Assembly: GCA_051294375.1 (NCBI GenBank)
Contig: CM119266.1
Span: 16,362,087-16,426,086 of the forward strand
Length of the DNA stretch: 64,000 nucleotides
Origin: Paraspadella gotoi
Lineage: Eukaryota > Animalia > Chaetognatha
Direction: 5' to 3'
In this document: positions 13,358-26,650 of the stretch, piece after piece
Layout: every line of letters starts with the position of its first letter
How positions within the stretch are numbered: position 1 is the stretch's first letter
Program-made: the position numbers and the translations under genes
The notes under the pieces: model-generated
What the model was told of the DNA's origin: nothing
Databases searched by the model: none
The model's input: the letters and a program-made list of their open reading frames with translations, nothing else

Positions 13358-13989
13358 TGAGAGAGAGAGAGAAAGTGAAAAAGAGAGAGATCGGGGAAAC
13401 AGCGCTGCTTAGGGCTTACCTCATCTAATCTTCATCGTGAAACCTTCAATTTTATATCTAAATGTATACGGATATTAGATTTTTACGATATAACATTAAA
13501 TTATTTTTTTTCTTCAAAAGAATGCTCTTTTCTATTCCATTCCATGCACTCAACGGAGCCAAATACTTGACACCTCCGCTTTCCTTGGTAAAATAACCTA
13601 AAATAAGAAAGGAAACAGAACTTGACCAAGATTCATTCTCTCTCTCTCTCTCCTCTCTTTCCTCACTCTTTCCATCTCTCGCCGACAGCTAATTTTCTAA
13701 TCAGCACAACTTTCTCGCTCTTCGATATCCTTCGTCCTCTTTTTCGCTCGACTTTTTTCTTTCGTAGTCGAATTTAAAAATCTCGAAATGTTTTTAATGC
13801 TTCTTTCGTCTCGTCGTCATCTTCGTGATTATCCCCTGGTCGAGGTCCTCGTCGCCAATGTCTTTTCTTTTTCTTCTTTAGCCGTTGGCAAGCCGTTTTC
13901 GATTCTTCGTCCAAGAACTGAAGAAGAAACTCTATCTTCATTCTTTGTCTTGTTTGTTTTGGTGAGTTATGTTGCTTTGTAAATTCAAT

Positions 13990-14028
<39 letters not shown>

Positions 14029-14033
14029 AGAGA

Positions 14034-14065
<32 letters not shown>

Positions 14066-14705
14066 TAACGCGAACGTCGCCAAATTACTACGAGTATGAA
14101 AGAATGTACTGTTTTTTTCACGGAGGACACCAGGTGAAGGTGTGGACGCGCCCTTTTTTCGTAATATTTAGTTTTGTTTCATAAAAACCATTATTGAAAC
14201 GGAAACTGCGAAGGTGTCACTAAAGATTTTATTTTCGAATCCTCAAACGTTTAAAAATCGTCACAATCTTGACCCTGAGTTACTTGTCAATTCACATTAT
14301 CTTTTCTTCGGCTATGATGCAGAAAAAAACATATTATGACCTGCATCCTACCCTTGACCCCCAAATTTTATTTTCAGAACCAAAAAAAGAGATTACGTTG
14401 AAGCGAATCTAGGATTGCCAAGATTGCCTGGAAGAAAGGGGATTTTCTCTCTTCTTCATGCGAAGAAGATAAGGGGAGCCAGGTATGTGTCTTCGCGAGA
14501 CAAGAAGATTTCGCGGAAAAACTCGGCTTAAGCCAATTTTTTTTTCTTATTTTTTTTTTCGTTTCGCCGGGACAACGAACATTGCGACCGTCGCCGGTGA
14601 TTTACAAATCATGCAGGCCATAGAGCAACCGTTTTTTTTTAAATATTAAAATTAATTTTTGTTATTTCCTGACCTACAGAAAAATAATCAAAATATCCGG
14701 TCGCC

Positions 14706-16586
14706 ATGGAAATCGGCGACGATTTTGACTGCGAAGGCGACTCTCCCACTCCCATCGCGGCGCCCAAAGACAGCCGCCTCTCAGAAGACGTCGGCCTTCC
14801 CAGCGGTTCTACGAGTCTTCCTTCGAGAGGATGCTTGTGTTGCAAAAATACTTCCCGTCCTTCCTCGCGCTGGAGACGCGGTTATACGGAGAGGCCACAG
14901 CATGTTTATCGCTTCTTCGCAGTTTCCGGTCGACATCGATTGCGGAGAAACAAAGGGGTGAGGCCGCCGTCCCGATTCCATCAACCGGGTCGCGGCCTCA
15001 TCGAACGTTGGCTTGTGTTGGCTCCGCCGCCGTTCTCGAATAGGACATATTTCGCTCAAATCCTTCTTTGTCTCGCGGCGCTGGCGCAGTTTTTTCTCCT
15101 CGCTCATTCAGCGACAATCTTAGGTCAAAAAGTGGGAAACACGGTGCTACCGACGGAATATCTGGACGAGAACTGCGACGGCATCATTGGCGTCGGGGAA
15201 GTCGGAAAGGGCCGTCTCGAGCTTACCCGTAAATGGCCCTACAACGAGGACGTCGAGTGCAGCCTAGTGCTGATGGCACCGCCCCGGCAACGACTGCTCA
15301 TGCGATGGACTAAAATGGACTTGTTTGACAAGGAAGAGACGATCGATTGCGACGATCGAATCTTCATCTACGACGGAAAGCAGGAGAACGCTCATCTCCT
15401 CACGCCACCGACTGGCTTGTGCGGCCACGAACCTCCCGAGGAAGTAAGACAACCTGTGAAAAGCTTTGAATCTTTGATTTAGCTCAAAGAATAATTTTCT
15501 GCATTTTTGATTTGAACAGGTCCTTCGGTCCTCGGGCCGATTCGTTAGAGTCGTCTTCCAAAGCTACAACCGTCTTCACATTCAAGGCAACACCGCAGAT
15601 GGTTTCTCCTTTGTCTACTCAGCGTTTCACACTGACGAATGCGATGCGGATTCATTTCGTTGCCGCAATGGTCACTGCATCAGAAAGTCGCTGTTGTGTG
15701 ATGGATGGGACAATTGCGAGGACAGTAGGTGATGAAAAAAAAAATGATTCGGGGACTTTCCTGATCATTAGATTCTAATAGCAAACAACATAACAAAATT
15801 AAGTTTTTATTTTTTAGCGACGAAGATGCCTCTAACGGACCTTGCGCCACGTTTTGGAGCGCCCTGTTCTCAAAGGGTTACTGGGCTTTCGGAGGAATAG
15901 TTGCCGCCTCGGTAATCGCCGTCACAGGAATCATTGCTTGCCTCGTTTATTGCTTGTGTCGCAACAGAAAGTCGTCTATCTGCGGGGACGCACCCACTGA
16001 AGCCGAGAAGATTCCGCCTGTAAAAGGAAAAGGAAAAATTACGGTCGATTATACAGCTCTTTACGACAAGAAGCATCGCGGGCAAGGAGTTCGTCCCGGA
16101 GAACAACCAAAAGTAAAAGACTCTAAGGACGACCCAGTTAAGGCTGCGGCCAAGAAGAGCGGATGGTACGACTCGGTCATGTGGTACACTATGAAGAAAA
16201 ACCACCGGAAACCGCCCATTGACGTCCTTTATAATGAAGAGATGAGTCAAACCTCCTCTTCGCATCAAAGTTCATCCACTGCTACGTCGACGTCGACTTC
16301 TAAGACGGATGAAGATGAAGTCGGAGGCAAGACGTTGAGCGGCGCCCCTCGTACTGGAACCAGGGCTTCAAAAGCAGCACCAAAAACACTCCAGACTCTT
16401 CTAGTTGGCAAGAAAAGCCCGGGCAGCGAGGCTAGTTTCAGCACAGTGGAGAGCGACGTCGCGCCGAAGAGAAAGAAGCACGTTAGTCGAGGCCCCTGGG
16501 GAGACGTCGTCGAACCGAAAAAACATTGCGATCCCAAGAAACTTAAGGGCGCAAACAAAAAAGTAAAAAAGATTGAAAAATATTAG
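14706..16586 (+). CDS. Single-pass CUB + LDL-receptor class A domain membrane protein (Neto/LEV-10/LRP12-like architecture)
   Basis: Exons 14706-15443, 15520-15728 and 15818-16586. CUB domain (YNEDVECSLVLMAP...DCDDRIFIYDG...LCG...GRFVRVVF...GFSFVY), LDLa ([32 protein letters not shown]), TM helix (GGIVAASVIAVTGIIACLVYCLC) and a basic tail. The true start is uncertain and upstream exons are possible. Confidence 0.8.
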
Positions 16587-17741
16587 CATAATTTTTTGTT
16601 CATATTTAGTCAGTTAGTAATATTACTCAATTGCGGGTAAATAGGAGCGTCATTTTCGGTTATTTGATTATTCCAACAGTTTATTCTGATCTTTCAGATC
16701 ACTAAAGAAAAATTATAAAATGTAGAGGTAAAAAAATATTTATATTTATCTCCAGTCAAATGTGTCATTTTGGCTTTTCAGTACTTTACGACTTTAACGC
16801 TTTATTATCGTTTATTACAAAACCACTTTCTATATTCAAAATCTATTTATTCTAAAGGGGTTTCTCCTTTCAAGTAAATAAAATATCATTCCTCCGTTGT
16901 GTCCGTAGTTGCGATTTTATTTATCTTGTACAATTAAAAATGTACAAATTATTTTAATGCGGTCAACTACCATAATTAGTATACAATTTACGATGTAAAA
17001 TAAAAACCCAACGCGTAACCTGACGCACATTGTGAATCGCTTGCAATAAATTTCTTTACCTGAGCCTTATTACTAAATTCGCATGTTACTTTTTTATCTT
17101 CTTTAATGGAAATCTGTTCGTTACATAATTTAAACTGCATTGCATAGCCACAATACATAGATGATAGAATGAAAAAGTGAGTTGTATAAATTTGAGAATT
17201 AGTCGATGATCTTTTGTTGCTTTGTTAGTCTTCTCTATTTGCTCGCCAGAGACCGAGTAGCCATCCCCCTCTTTAGCCAGATAATTTAATGGAGACGCAA
17301 ATTAATGGTCGTCGATTGCGTCGCGACTTCGTTTCAAGTAAGACCTTGAAAATTAAACGCAACGTTACGCTCACCTTCCGCTTCTGCTGTACTGAGCCGA
17401 CCGCCCAACGAACAAATCTTCAGTCTAACCTAAGGGCCTTGAAGGCCTTGAAGGCCCTGGTTTTGAAGTCAAAGCGGAGCTTTATCTCGGTATTGAAAAG
17501 CCCTTAAATTTACCAAGTTGCTCTTTAGTAATTTATTGACTACAAAGCTTCCGGCGCCACCGCCTGTGTATTAACTTTTGAAATTTTGTTCTGTGGCTAT
17601 CAATAACTGGTGCATTTCAATAACATTTAAATGAGCAACCTTTGTAAAAAACTTACGAATTTTTTTAAACTGACTCTTTGTCTTAAGCTCTGATTGCTAA
17701 GAAACTTATCTGAAACTCCTGATTGTCGCTCAAACTGGGGC

Positions 17742-18920
17742 ATGGATCCGAAACTTGCGAAAAAGCTGTCTGACTACGGGGCAACATTCGTGTTCATGGA
17801 TTTTCCCACTGGCAGTGAATTTGGCGTGGATTGTTGCATGTGGACGGTCGGTCCAAAATTCAAAGGCGTAAAGATGATTCCTCCCGGTGTGCATTTCGTA
17901 TACTTCAGCGCGGTGAGCAGTTCCGAAGGCTTGGATGTTGGGCCACGAAACGGTTTCTTTCACGATTTCAAACCAGGCGAAATGATGGTACGGTTTTGGG
18001 ACCATCAACGCGAAACATTGAGCGATCGTCGTGCTTCTCAAGAAGATCTTAGTCGAATGAAGGCAGATAAAAATGGGCTGGATCCTTTTCTAGCTCCTTA
18101 CTCTTACGATCATCACAAAAAGTGGATTTCGTTGACGAATTATGCCACGGCAGAGCTGACGCAGAGATTAAGTCCAGTATCAGGCGTCGTTTCGAGCTTT
18201 TGTGAACTAGTAGCACTTGAAAAATTCGAGCAAAAAAACACTCACCGAAAAAATAAGATGCAGACTGACGCTGAGCAGATTTCGAAATCTTCTTCCAACG
18301 AAAAAGTAGTTGAACGCCCCCAACGAAACGACGAAGACACTTTACCAAAAATGTCGGCAGAATCGCAAATGCGTTTCCACGAAATCCCTAAAAACTTAAT
18401 TCCGCCGGGGGCATCCGCCTCTGAGGTAACGCGCTTTAGCCTAGATAAGACTCTTCTGCTCGATATCTTGCTGAAAAGCGATTTCGCTGAGCGGGAGTCA
18501 GATTTATTAGGAGAGCTGCAGCTGGCCTTCGTCGTTTTTATTTACGGCCGTGTTTACGATGGATTTGAACAGTGGAAGCGCCTCGTCCACTTGCTTTGCT
18601 GCGCCGCCAGTAGCGCCACCTCCCGCCTTCAACTTTTTAACGATTTTATCACCGTCCTATATTTTCAAATACAAGAAATTCCGGATGATTTTTTCGTTGA
18701 CATTATCACTTGCAGTAACTTCTTGACGTCGACGCTCTGCTCATTTTTCCAAAATCTTCTGTCTGAGGAATGCGATTCAGATCTGAAATTGAAGGCGGAA
18801 AAATTTCGAGCGTATTTGACGAAGCGGTTTAAATGGAACTTTGATGAGGACGACGTGGAAGACGAAAGACCAGTCGTAGTGGAGTTATCAGAAAAACAAA
18901 AGAAACTAATGGATTTGTAA
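17742..18920 (+). CDS. AAR2: AAR2 splicing factor (U5 snRNP assembly factor), intronless
   Basis: MDPKLAKKLSDYGATFVFMDFPTGSEFGVDCCMWTVGPKFKGVKMIPPGVHFVYFS...LLGELQLAFVVF...FEQWKRLVHLLC...EIPDDFFVDII...KFRAYLTKRFKWNF closely matches metazoan AAR2. Confidence 0.93.
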   Translation: MDPKLAKKLSDYGATFVFMDFPTGSEFGVDCCMWTVGPKFKGVKMIPPGVHFVYFSAVSSSEGLDVGPRNGFFHDFKPGEMMVRFWDHQRETLSDRRASQEDLSRMKADKNGLDPFLAPYSYDHHKKWISLTNYATAELTQRLSPVSGVVSSFCELVALEKFEQKNTHRKNKMQTDAEQISKSSSNEKVVERPQRNDEDTLPKMSAESQMRFHEIPKNLIPPGASASEVTRFSLDKTLLLDILLKSDFAERESDLLGELQLAFVVFIYGRVYDGFEQWKRLVHLLCCAASSATSRLQLFNDFITVLYFQIQEIPDDFFVDIITCSNFLTSTLCSFFQNLLSEECDSDLKLKAEKFRAYLTKRFKWNFDEDDVEDERPVVVELSEKQKKLMDL

Positions 18921-19114
18921 AGATTTAAGCCTGAAAATGAAGATGAAATGTTTTTTACGTACTCCACCTATTTGACGCGCGTTCTGTGCTTCGGCTATAC
19001 GTATATGTACAAATAATCTTCGTATTTTTGTTGATAAATTTTCCTACATTTTTATTTCCCGCAGTTTTTAACTCCTCTCTTAACTTCCCTCCCCCCCGCC
19101 TCCCGCCCTTAACG

Positions 19115-21852
19115 ATGCTGAGCGATGATTTTGAAAAAGGCCGAAATGGTGCCACCCCCAATGGCAACTTTGTTACCCCCGGAGTGGGAGGTGTTACTTC
19201 TGGCGGTGGCGGCTATGGATGCGTCACGACTAACAACGCGGGCGACGGACCCCCATCGTTTCACCGATGTCGACGAGGCGAGGGAGCACGCACGGAGTTG
19301 CGGGTGCTCATAAACACCAAAAACGCCGGGGCAATCATTGGGAAAGGAGGCACGAATATAAAAAGACTCAGAGAATCTTACAAATCCGGCGTCACCGTTC
19401 CAGGTCGTTTGCTTTAACAGATGATAACCATAAAATAGCTCGACTTATATTGTTCTTTTACATCAAGATTGCAGCGGACCAGAACGTATATTGACGATAA
19501 CCGCAGAATTGGGAACGGCTTTGGAGGTCCTGCTTGATATCATTCCCAGACTTGACGATTACAAAGACCGCGTTGACAACGACTTCGACGCCGAAGTCCG
19601 CATTTTGGTTCACCAGTCTCAAGTCGGACCCGTAATAGGACGAGCGGGTGGAAAAATCAAAGAGCTTCGAGACGTTACGGGTACTAATATCCGTGTCTAT
19701 TCCCAATGCTGTCCGATGTCAACGGACAGAGTTATTCAAATCACAGGTATGTATTCATTCCTAAACCTAAAAGTTATTCGGGCACGAAAAGTAGGATTAT
19801 TTTTACAATCGCCGACTAGGGTTAGAGTGGCTATGTTCAAGGGTGGCGAGGTTTGGGGGGGGAAGGGTTAAGGGTAGTTTGGTAAAAACTTTTATAATTT
19901 TTTTTAATATTAACATTTTTATAATAATAAATAATAATTTTGTTTTCACCGACTAGGGTAAAGGGGTGTTTAGGGTTAAGGGTAGTTTAAGGTTAAATTA
20001 AAGTTAATGGTAATTAGGGTTAAGGAGGGTTAAGGTAATTAGGTAATATTTTTTATTATTTTTTAATAACATTTTTTGTAATATTCAAAAAAGCTATAAT
20101 CCTAATCGGCGAAAGTAAAGTTGTACTTTTTATACCCTGTTACTAGTATACTCATAAGCGAACATCCGTGTCAGTGAATGTAATATTCTACATTTTCTGT
20201 AGTCTGTATTTTGATAATTAAAACGTAAAAATAAAAATTGTCACAGGTAAACCGGATCTGGTATGCGACACGATTCAGCAAGTCATCGAGATTGCCACCT
20301 CAGCTGGTATCAAAGGCGGAATACAACCCTATGACCCTTACAACTTTGACGATTTCAATGCCCCGGATTATGGCGGATTCGGCGACCCCCAGAACCCCAG
20401 TGTACGAGGCGGTGGCGGGCACATATCTGTTCCTCGCGGATTTGGAAGCAGACACGGTGGCAGTGGTGGCGCTCCCCCACCCTTTGGAGGTAGCGGGGGT
20501 CCCGGGGGGACGCGCGCCGGATCTCGCAGTGGTAGTGGCGTTGGAAACAACGACTGGAGTGCCCATCTCGATCCGACTTTCGCTGGCCAACCAAATACCT
20601 CAAGAAGCGAAGGAGAAAGAACAACTCAACAGGTACGAGGTATCCTCATCTCTTAGTTTCGTCAATAAAAACCTATTTTCTCTTAATCAAAGATTTGCAA
20701 AACATTTGTAAAAGAATTTTAAAATAAACGAAAGTTTTCGTGGAACAACAAGGAATTTTTATTTAAAAAAAAATCGGACATGTTTCGACTCGATTTGGAG
20801 TCTTCATCAGCGTTTGAAATCATAAATATTACGTCGGAGAAAGAGAGAGAAAAAAGAAAAGGAGAGTTTCAACAAAGAATTGAGTAAAGGATAGTGGTCA
20901 CTGGTCAGATGTGAGGACAGGTAAAGATGAGGACAGGGAAGGAGAGAGAGTGAGTGAATTTGAAACTGGTGAAAAAGAGGGGGAGAGAGAGAGAGAGAGA
21001 ACAAGAGAGAAATTAATACATTTGGTAATGTACAACAATGATAAATAAGAAAAACTTAATGAACAAAGATTAATAATTTAAAACATCTAATAATTTAAAA
21101 CAAAAAACAAAAAGAAAGGCTAAACACAATGTCTAAAAATTTTTAAGTTGATATAAAAAAGACCCATTTACTGCTATGAAAAAATAAACCATTAGGTAAT
21201 TGGTAAAATCAATATAATAGTTATCCCTTCATGCAATACTAGGCTACTACTAAACTACGTATTTTTTCTCGGAATCCTAACAAATGGTTTTTAATCTGTT
21301 TTCTATAGTGGTTAAAGCATAAAAGTCGATTAAGGTCAGGGGTAAGTTTTTAGGTCAGGTTTTTCTGTTATAACATTTTTTCATCAGTTATTCTTTAATT
21401 GATTGAACGATGAAATTGTTAAGTGTTACCAGTTCGACGATAGAGAATTTGTCTTCCATTTGATTGTACGATTGTACAACTCGCTTGCAATGAAACTTAC
21501 TATGAAATTACGAAGTTTTTGACGCGCAGTATTCGTTGAGAAACTTTGTTTTTTTGTTTTATAACAACAGGTATCGATCCCAAAAGATCTAGCAGGATCA
21601 ATCATTGGAACTCAAGGTCATCGCATCCGTGCCATACGCGCTCAATCGGGAGCGCAGATTATCATCGCCAGTGAAGTACAGCCCGGAAGCAACGACAGAA
21701 TTATTACCATCACAGGAACACAAGAACAAGTAAGATGTTTTACTAGTTATTTTTAAAAAAAAAGTTTCAACCTTTTCTTTGTTTTACAGATACAAAACGC
21801 TCAGTATCTCTTACAAATGAGTGTCCGTCAGCATTCTGGAAAATACAATTAG
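19115..21852 (+). CDS. HNRNPK: Heterogeneous nuclear ribonucleoprotein K (3 KH domains + RGG region)
   Basis: Exons 19115-19403, 19468-19746, 20247-20632, 21571-21729 and 21790-21852. Motifs [84 protein letters not shown] and [14 protein letters not shown]. Confidence 0.93.
20700..21060 (-). mobile_element. Solo Penelope pseudo-LTR in an hnRNP K intron
   Basis: Shares blocks (ATAGTGGTCA...GTGAGGACAGGT...ATGAGGACA; AATACATTT...ATGTACAACAA) and the hammerhead with the pLTR at 54973-55461. Boundaries are approximate. Confidence 0.6.
20775..20812 (-). ncRNA. Minimal hammerhead ribozyme (Penelope pLTR type)
   Basis: Sense: CG CTGATGA A GACTC-CAAATC-GAGTC GAAAC AT GTC CG. Confidence 0.78.
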
Positions 21853-24800
21853 TCATCTATATTATATCCGGCAAGATCCTACTTTAATCCTCCCTAACCT
21901 TGTTACGTGGCCCTTGACCAAAGCAACTAAGTTATTTAAACACTTTTCCTTTTTTCCCCTCCAACTTTCCACCCTTTTTAAATCTGGTCTCAAATTCCAA
22001 CCTATCCCTTTTTTGAGATTGTAATTTATGGGCATAATTAAAAAAAATCTGGATTTTTTCTCTTGTTATTTAGCAGCGATCTCTGTTTTATTGTCATCAT
22101 ATAAGGGGGTATTATCAACTTTTTTTTTTTTGAGAAATGGCTTAACCACGTTGATGGGTAGATTTTACTCCGATTATTTACAGTAAATTTTCAATTACTG
22201 TTATGACATTGGTTAATTGTATCAATTGTTATTTAGATTATTTAAGAATCCAAACTTTTTTACAAAAAACATCTCATCTTTGACTAGACTTAGTATAATA
22301 TTTACTGTTATATTATTTTTATTTCCATGAACTCATATATTACACCCTCCGTTTTTAGTCGACACTGTTTTCCATTTAACGTTACTTTTATATTGAACGT
22401 TTTTGATAGCGAGGTCTTGTTATTACTAATAGCCCCATTAGGGCGCTCGATTACAACTCGACTCTCTGTCTTAGCTCCGTTTCCATTTTTTCAGCGCGCG
22501 GCCCATTACCTTCTTACTTTTGTACCACTCAATTCCGCCCACCTTTCTCCAAATTCTCGTCGTTGCCACTCCCCTGATGTTACTCTTCGGCAATGTTGCC
22601 GTTTTTCTTCGCGCACCGTCTCTTATTCATTATTTACTCAAAATGTTCCAAACTGTAGTAAGACGTGTAAGACTTTTTTCAATGTTATTGGCGCGAGATC
22701 AAACTTTTCCCACCGCTTTCCCTCTTTTTCCTCCCCGACAAATGAAGAAACTACGCAGCCCGCTGTGAATTCACGTGAAATCATCATATTAGAACCTACC
22801 CCACATCTGCCCACCTTTTTAGTCCCATACCCGTAAAAATAGATCTTCGTAAAATAATCCAATATTTTTCTGTACGTCGAATGCTGTTTATGAAAAATTC
22901 CTCCCCCATTTTTCTCAGTCGCATTTACGTTCAATTATTGACGTTTGATGCCTATATATTGTTCGTAACCAATCTCATCGGTGCACGTTTATGACAACTT
23001 TAAAAGCTTAATATTTTACGTAACCTATGTTAGGCTTAGAATAATAAATTTAAAAGAATTACATTTTAATCAAGGAATATTTTTTTAAAGTTTAAAAGGA
23101 CTCTTCAATTCTACAAATTATTTTTTATGCATCTATTTTGGTCTTAAAGGCGAGTTCTGTTGTCCCCCAATTACTTATAACGATCATAATTACAATGATG
23201 TAAAGCTTTTAGAGGCTATAATAAAGGATTTTTTTAATAATCTTATAATTTATTTACCAAATATTAAAGAAACAAATGTTTTCAATTTATTTTTAATCTT
23301 AATTAGTAAGTTCCAGATTAAAAATACTTAATTTTTAAGGCAACCCTAAGTAGCCATAGCCGATGAAATTTAAACACTAATGTATACAGCGTTAAAATAA
23401 TCTATCATGAGCATAGATTATAGTATTAAAAAATGCTTTCTTCTGAGGGTACTCGCCTAATTAAAATTATTATATTACTATATAAAGAAAAAAAATTTTT
23501 GGATAGATTCTGATAGAGCATAAATAAGCATAAGTTAAACAAGAAATATTATTATAGCTTTTAAAAATTCTTACATTTTTAGACAACTTTTAATGAGCTA
23601 TCTGAATCTGGTCTTAAAATTTAAAATTTTTACAAAAAATTTCGGCCTTTCCTATTTATAAATAAATATTAAAAAACTAATTATTATGGTATAAAGCTAT
23701 ATAAGAAATTTTTTGTCCATTGTAAGTATACTTAAAAATGTATAAATTTTTTTTTGAGCATGTACTCGCTCTAAATTTTTGACTAGTCCCATTGAGTGCG
23801 GCTACCCTTACCTTAAGTAGTTCGATCTGAAAAATTTAGTATTTTTTTAACATATTTTAAATGTATCAAACTATTTATATAAATTTTATGTTTAAGCCGT
23901 TAAAACCAGCAATAACTGTTCTTTCATAAATATTCGGACTAATCGTTTTCATTAATTTATTCAATAGACTTTTAATAAATTTTGTTGATTAAAAAAATAT
24001 TTTAAGGATGGATGTTTTAATTTGACCGCCATTTTTTTAAATATAGTGATATTGATAACATAAATTCATAAAATGTATGAAATATAGGTAAACAATTTAA
24101 ACATTTTTGAAATCGACAACAGTTTTCATTTTTTGATCCCAGCCTCATTTTGTTCTATTTCCAGGTTGTTTTCTATTTAATCCTTTAAAAAAAAATTGTC
24201 ATTCTATTAAAGTAACTTAACCGAATAAAAATGAAAATAGTGAAAGTCGGCTTGACTTACCTGGAGCCACATGCCTACATCTGGATCATATACTGATAAA
24301 ACAATATCAGTGATATAGACAAAGACTGAGAGGTATGAAACAGAAGAAAATCTAGCAGGATTCATATTAGAAAATGATACATCATTTTTTCGAGCTTAGA
24401 ATCGGTTCTGGAATAACTACTGGACCCAATAGGTTAAAATTTTGATTTTATCCTTAAGAGAATATTAATAAAACTATCGAGGCGAATTTCAATATTTGAC
24501 TACTAAGCCGAGATATGGGTCCCAATAGGGGTCACGCACAAGGGCGAAAAAAGGTCAATTTTTTTTTTAATTTTCATAAACGTCAGCGGTTTATGCCAGA
24601 TTTGGAAAAATGAAAAAAATTGAAGTAAAATGATAAACCATGCATCTTCAATCAAGTTATCGTTTATTTAACAAAAATATAATTCACTTTGTCGGTCCGT
24701 CGGTCCGCCCCCTCAATATTGTCGGGCACACACTTATATCATGTCAGAACATCGAATTATGATAAATTATTTAAAAAAAAACGATGTCCGTCCGTCCGTC

Positions 24801-25369
24801 CGTCCGTCCGTCCCACCTTAGCAAAAAACTCCAATTACTCGTGATTGGATGGATGGATTGGTATGAAATTTTGTGTGTGGGTAGGAAACTGTGTGATTGA
24901 GATGGATATGAAGTTTCGAGGGAATCGTGCGAGTGGAAATTGGTTTAAATGGAAAAAACAAAAAAAATATATTTCACTATTTGATCGCCAATTGCTCATG
25001 AGTGGATAGGGCAATTGACTTGAAATTTTGTATGATGTAGGAAAGTGTGTGATTGAGCTGGATATAAAGTTTCGATGGAATCGTGCGAGTGGAAATGAGT
25101 TAAAATGGAAAAAACAAAAGTCATATTTACTTGAAGTATTTTTACTTATATTTACTCATAATTATTATGTCTATTAAAAATTGGATAGATAAATCGAAAT
25201 TGAATTTTGTGGTGTGGGTAGGAAAGTATGTGATAAAGCTGGATATAAATTTTTAGATGGAATCGTAAGAGTGGAAAAGAGTTCAAATTAGAAAACCAAA
25301 AGACACATTTATTTGAATTTTTTAAAGTTTCTCTCTCTCTCTATCTCTCTCTGATTGATTGATTGATTG

Positions 25370-25648
25370 ATTGACCAAATTATGCAAATTGACAAAAATA
25401 TGCCAGTTGACCAAATTCTTAAAGTTGACCAAATTATGCCAATTGACAAAATTCTGCAAGTTGACCAAATTATGCCTGTTGACCAAATTATGCCTGTTGA
25501 CCAAATTATGCCAGTTGACCTAATTAGGCAGTTGAAAAAATTATGCCAGTTGACCAAATTATCTTAATTGATCAAATTATGTCAGTTGACCAAATTATGT
25601 CAGTTAACCAAATTATGCAAGTTGATTAAATTATGCAAGTTGACCAAG
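25370..25648. repeat. 18-bp minisatellite (GTTGACCAAATTATGCCA)n inside the HINE
   Basis: About 15 tandem imperfect copies, which generate the spurious VDQIMP-repeat ORFs. Confidence 0.9.
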
Positions 25649-26484
25649 TTAGCTTATTACCACTTAATTATCGATTGACCTAGAATTTTGTATGTGAGTA
25701 GAAAAGTGTGTGATTGAACAGGAAACCAAGTTTCGATGGAATCTTTTGAGTGGAAATGAGTTTAAGTGGAAAAAACAAAAGTCGAATTTACTAAAATATT
25801 TATTTATTTTATTTTAACCAATAAGTACTCTAATTAATCATAATTGGATGGATAGATTGAGTTCAAATTGTTTGTGTTGGTAGAAAAATGTGTAACGATG
25901 CTTGATATAAAGTTTCGGTGGAAACGTACGAGTGGAAATGAGTTTAAATTAAAAAAATATGAGTCACATTTACTTGAATCTTTTTACTTATTTTAACCCA
26001 TAATAGATTGAGATGAAATTTTGTGAGCGGGTAGAGAGTGAGTTAGAGAGAGAGAGAGCAGAAAAATGAGCATTAAGGATCGACTCGCCAATTGCAAAGA
26101 GATGAGAGAGAAGAGAGCAGAAAAAGGAGCATAATGATCGTCGCAATTGCAAAGAGAGAGAGAGAGCAGAAAAATGAGCATAAGGATCGTTGCAATTGCA
26201 GAGAGAGAGAGAAAGAGAGAGAGTCCGAGATTAAAATTAGCAAATAAAAAAGTTATTTTACTCACTGAATAAAAATACTTAAAATACTTACAAAATACAT
26301 AAAATTGATAAAATTATTATTCCGATAACATTGTTTAATCACATGCAATATATCTAGTAAGGCGGGCCAAAATTGAACATTTTTTATAACTTCTAGTTCT
26401 CTTTAAAAATTTTTTTTTCCTTTACTACTAAATCAATTTTCAATGTAACTTTTTGAATTAGTTCAATCCCCGGGTATCCCGGTT

Positions 26485-26562
26485 CTGGCTTAATGTGACG
26501 GTGCCGTATAAACATGCCAGTGACAGGAGAGAGTCACTGAGGGTCCGCAGCCCCTACGCCAG
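26485..26562 (+). ncRNA. P5-type twister ribozyme, family A (predicted cleavage 26509/26510)
   Basis: CTGGC TTA ATGT GA CGGT GCCGT A T^AA ACAT GCC AGTGAC-loop-GTCACT G AGG GTCCGCAGCC CCT AC GCCAG. P5, P2, P3, P4 and both pseudoknots (CCG/CGG; GC/GC) are present. Confidence 0.8.
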
Positions 26563-26617
26563 TTGGTGAGATACCCCCGCGCCCGGGTATCACAGGCTAT
26601 CCTCCCGTTGCCATAAG

Positions 26618-26650
26618 TGGTGAGCCCTACTATCGAACACGCAACCTTCT
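26618..26650 (+). promoter_or_regulatory. Extended primer-binding site complementary to the 3' half of a tRNA-Trp-like tRNA
   Basis: The reverse complement is AGAAGGTTGCGTGTTCGATAGTAGGGCTCACCA, versus eukaryotic tRNA-Trp ...AGAAGGTTGCGTGTTCRAATCACGTCGGGGTCACCA (recalled). It starts 2 nt after the LTR end. Also present at 27559-27587 (-) and 39984-40016 (-). Confidence 0.75.

Noticed and set aside
25309-25648. VDQIMP / STGIIW repeat ORFs; possible CRISPR-like array
   Set aside because: Contiguous 18-bp minisatellite without spacers inside a HINE, in a eukaryotic context.
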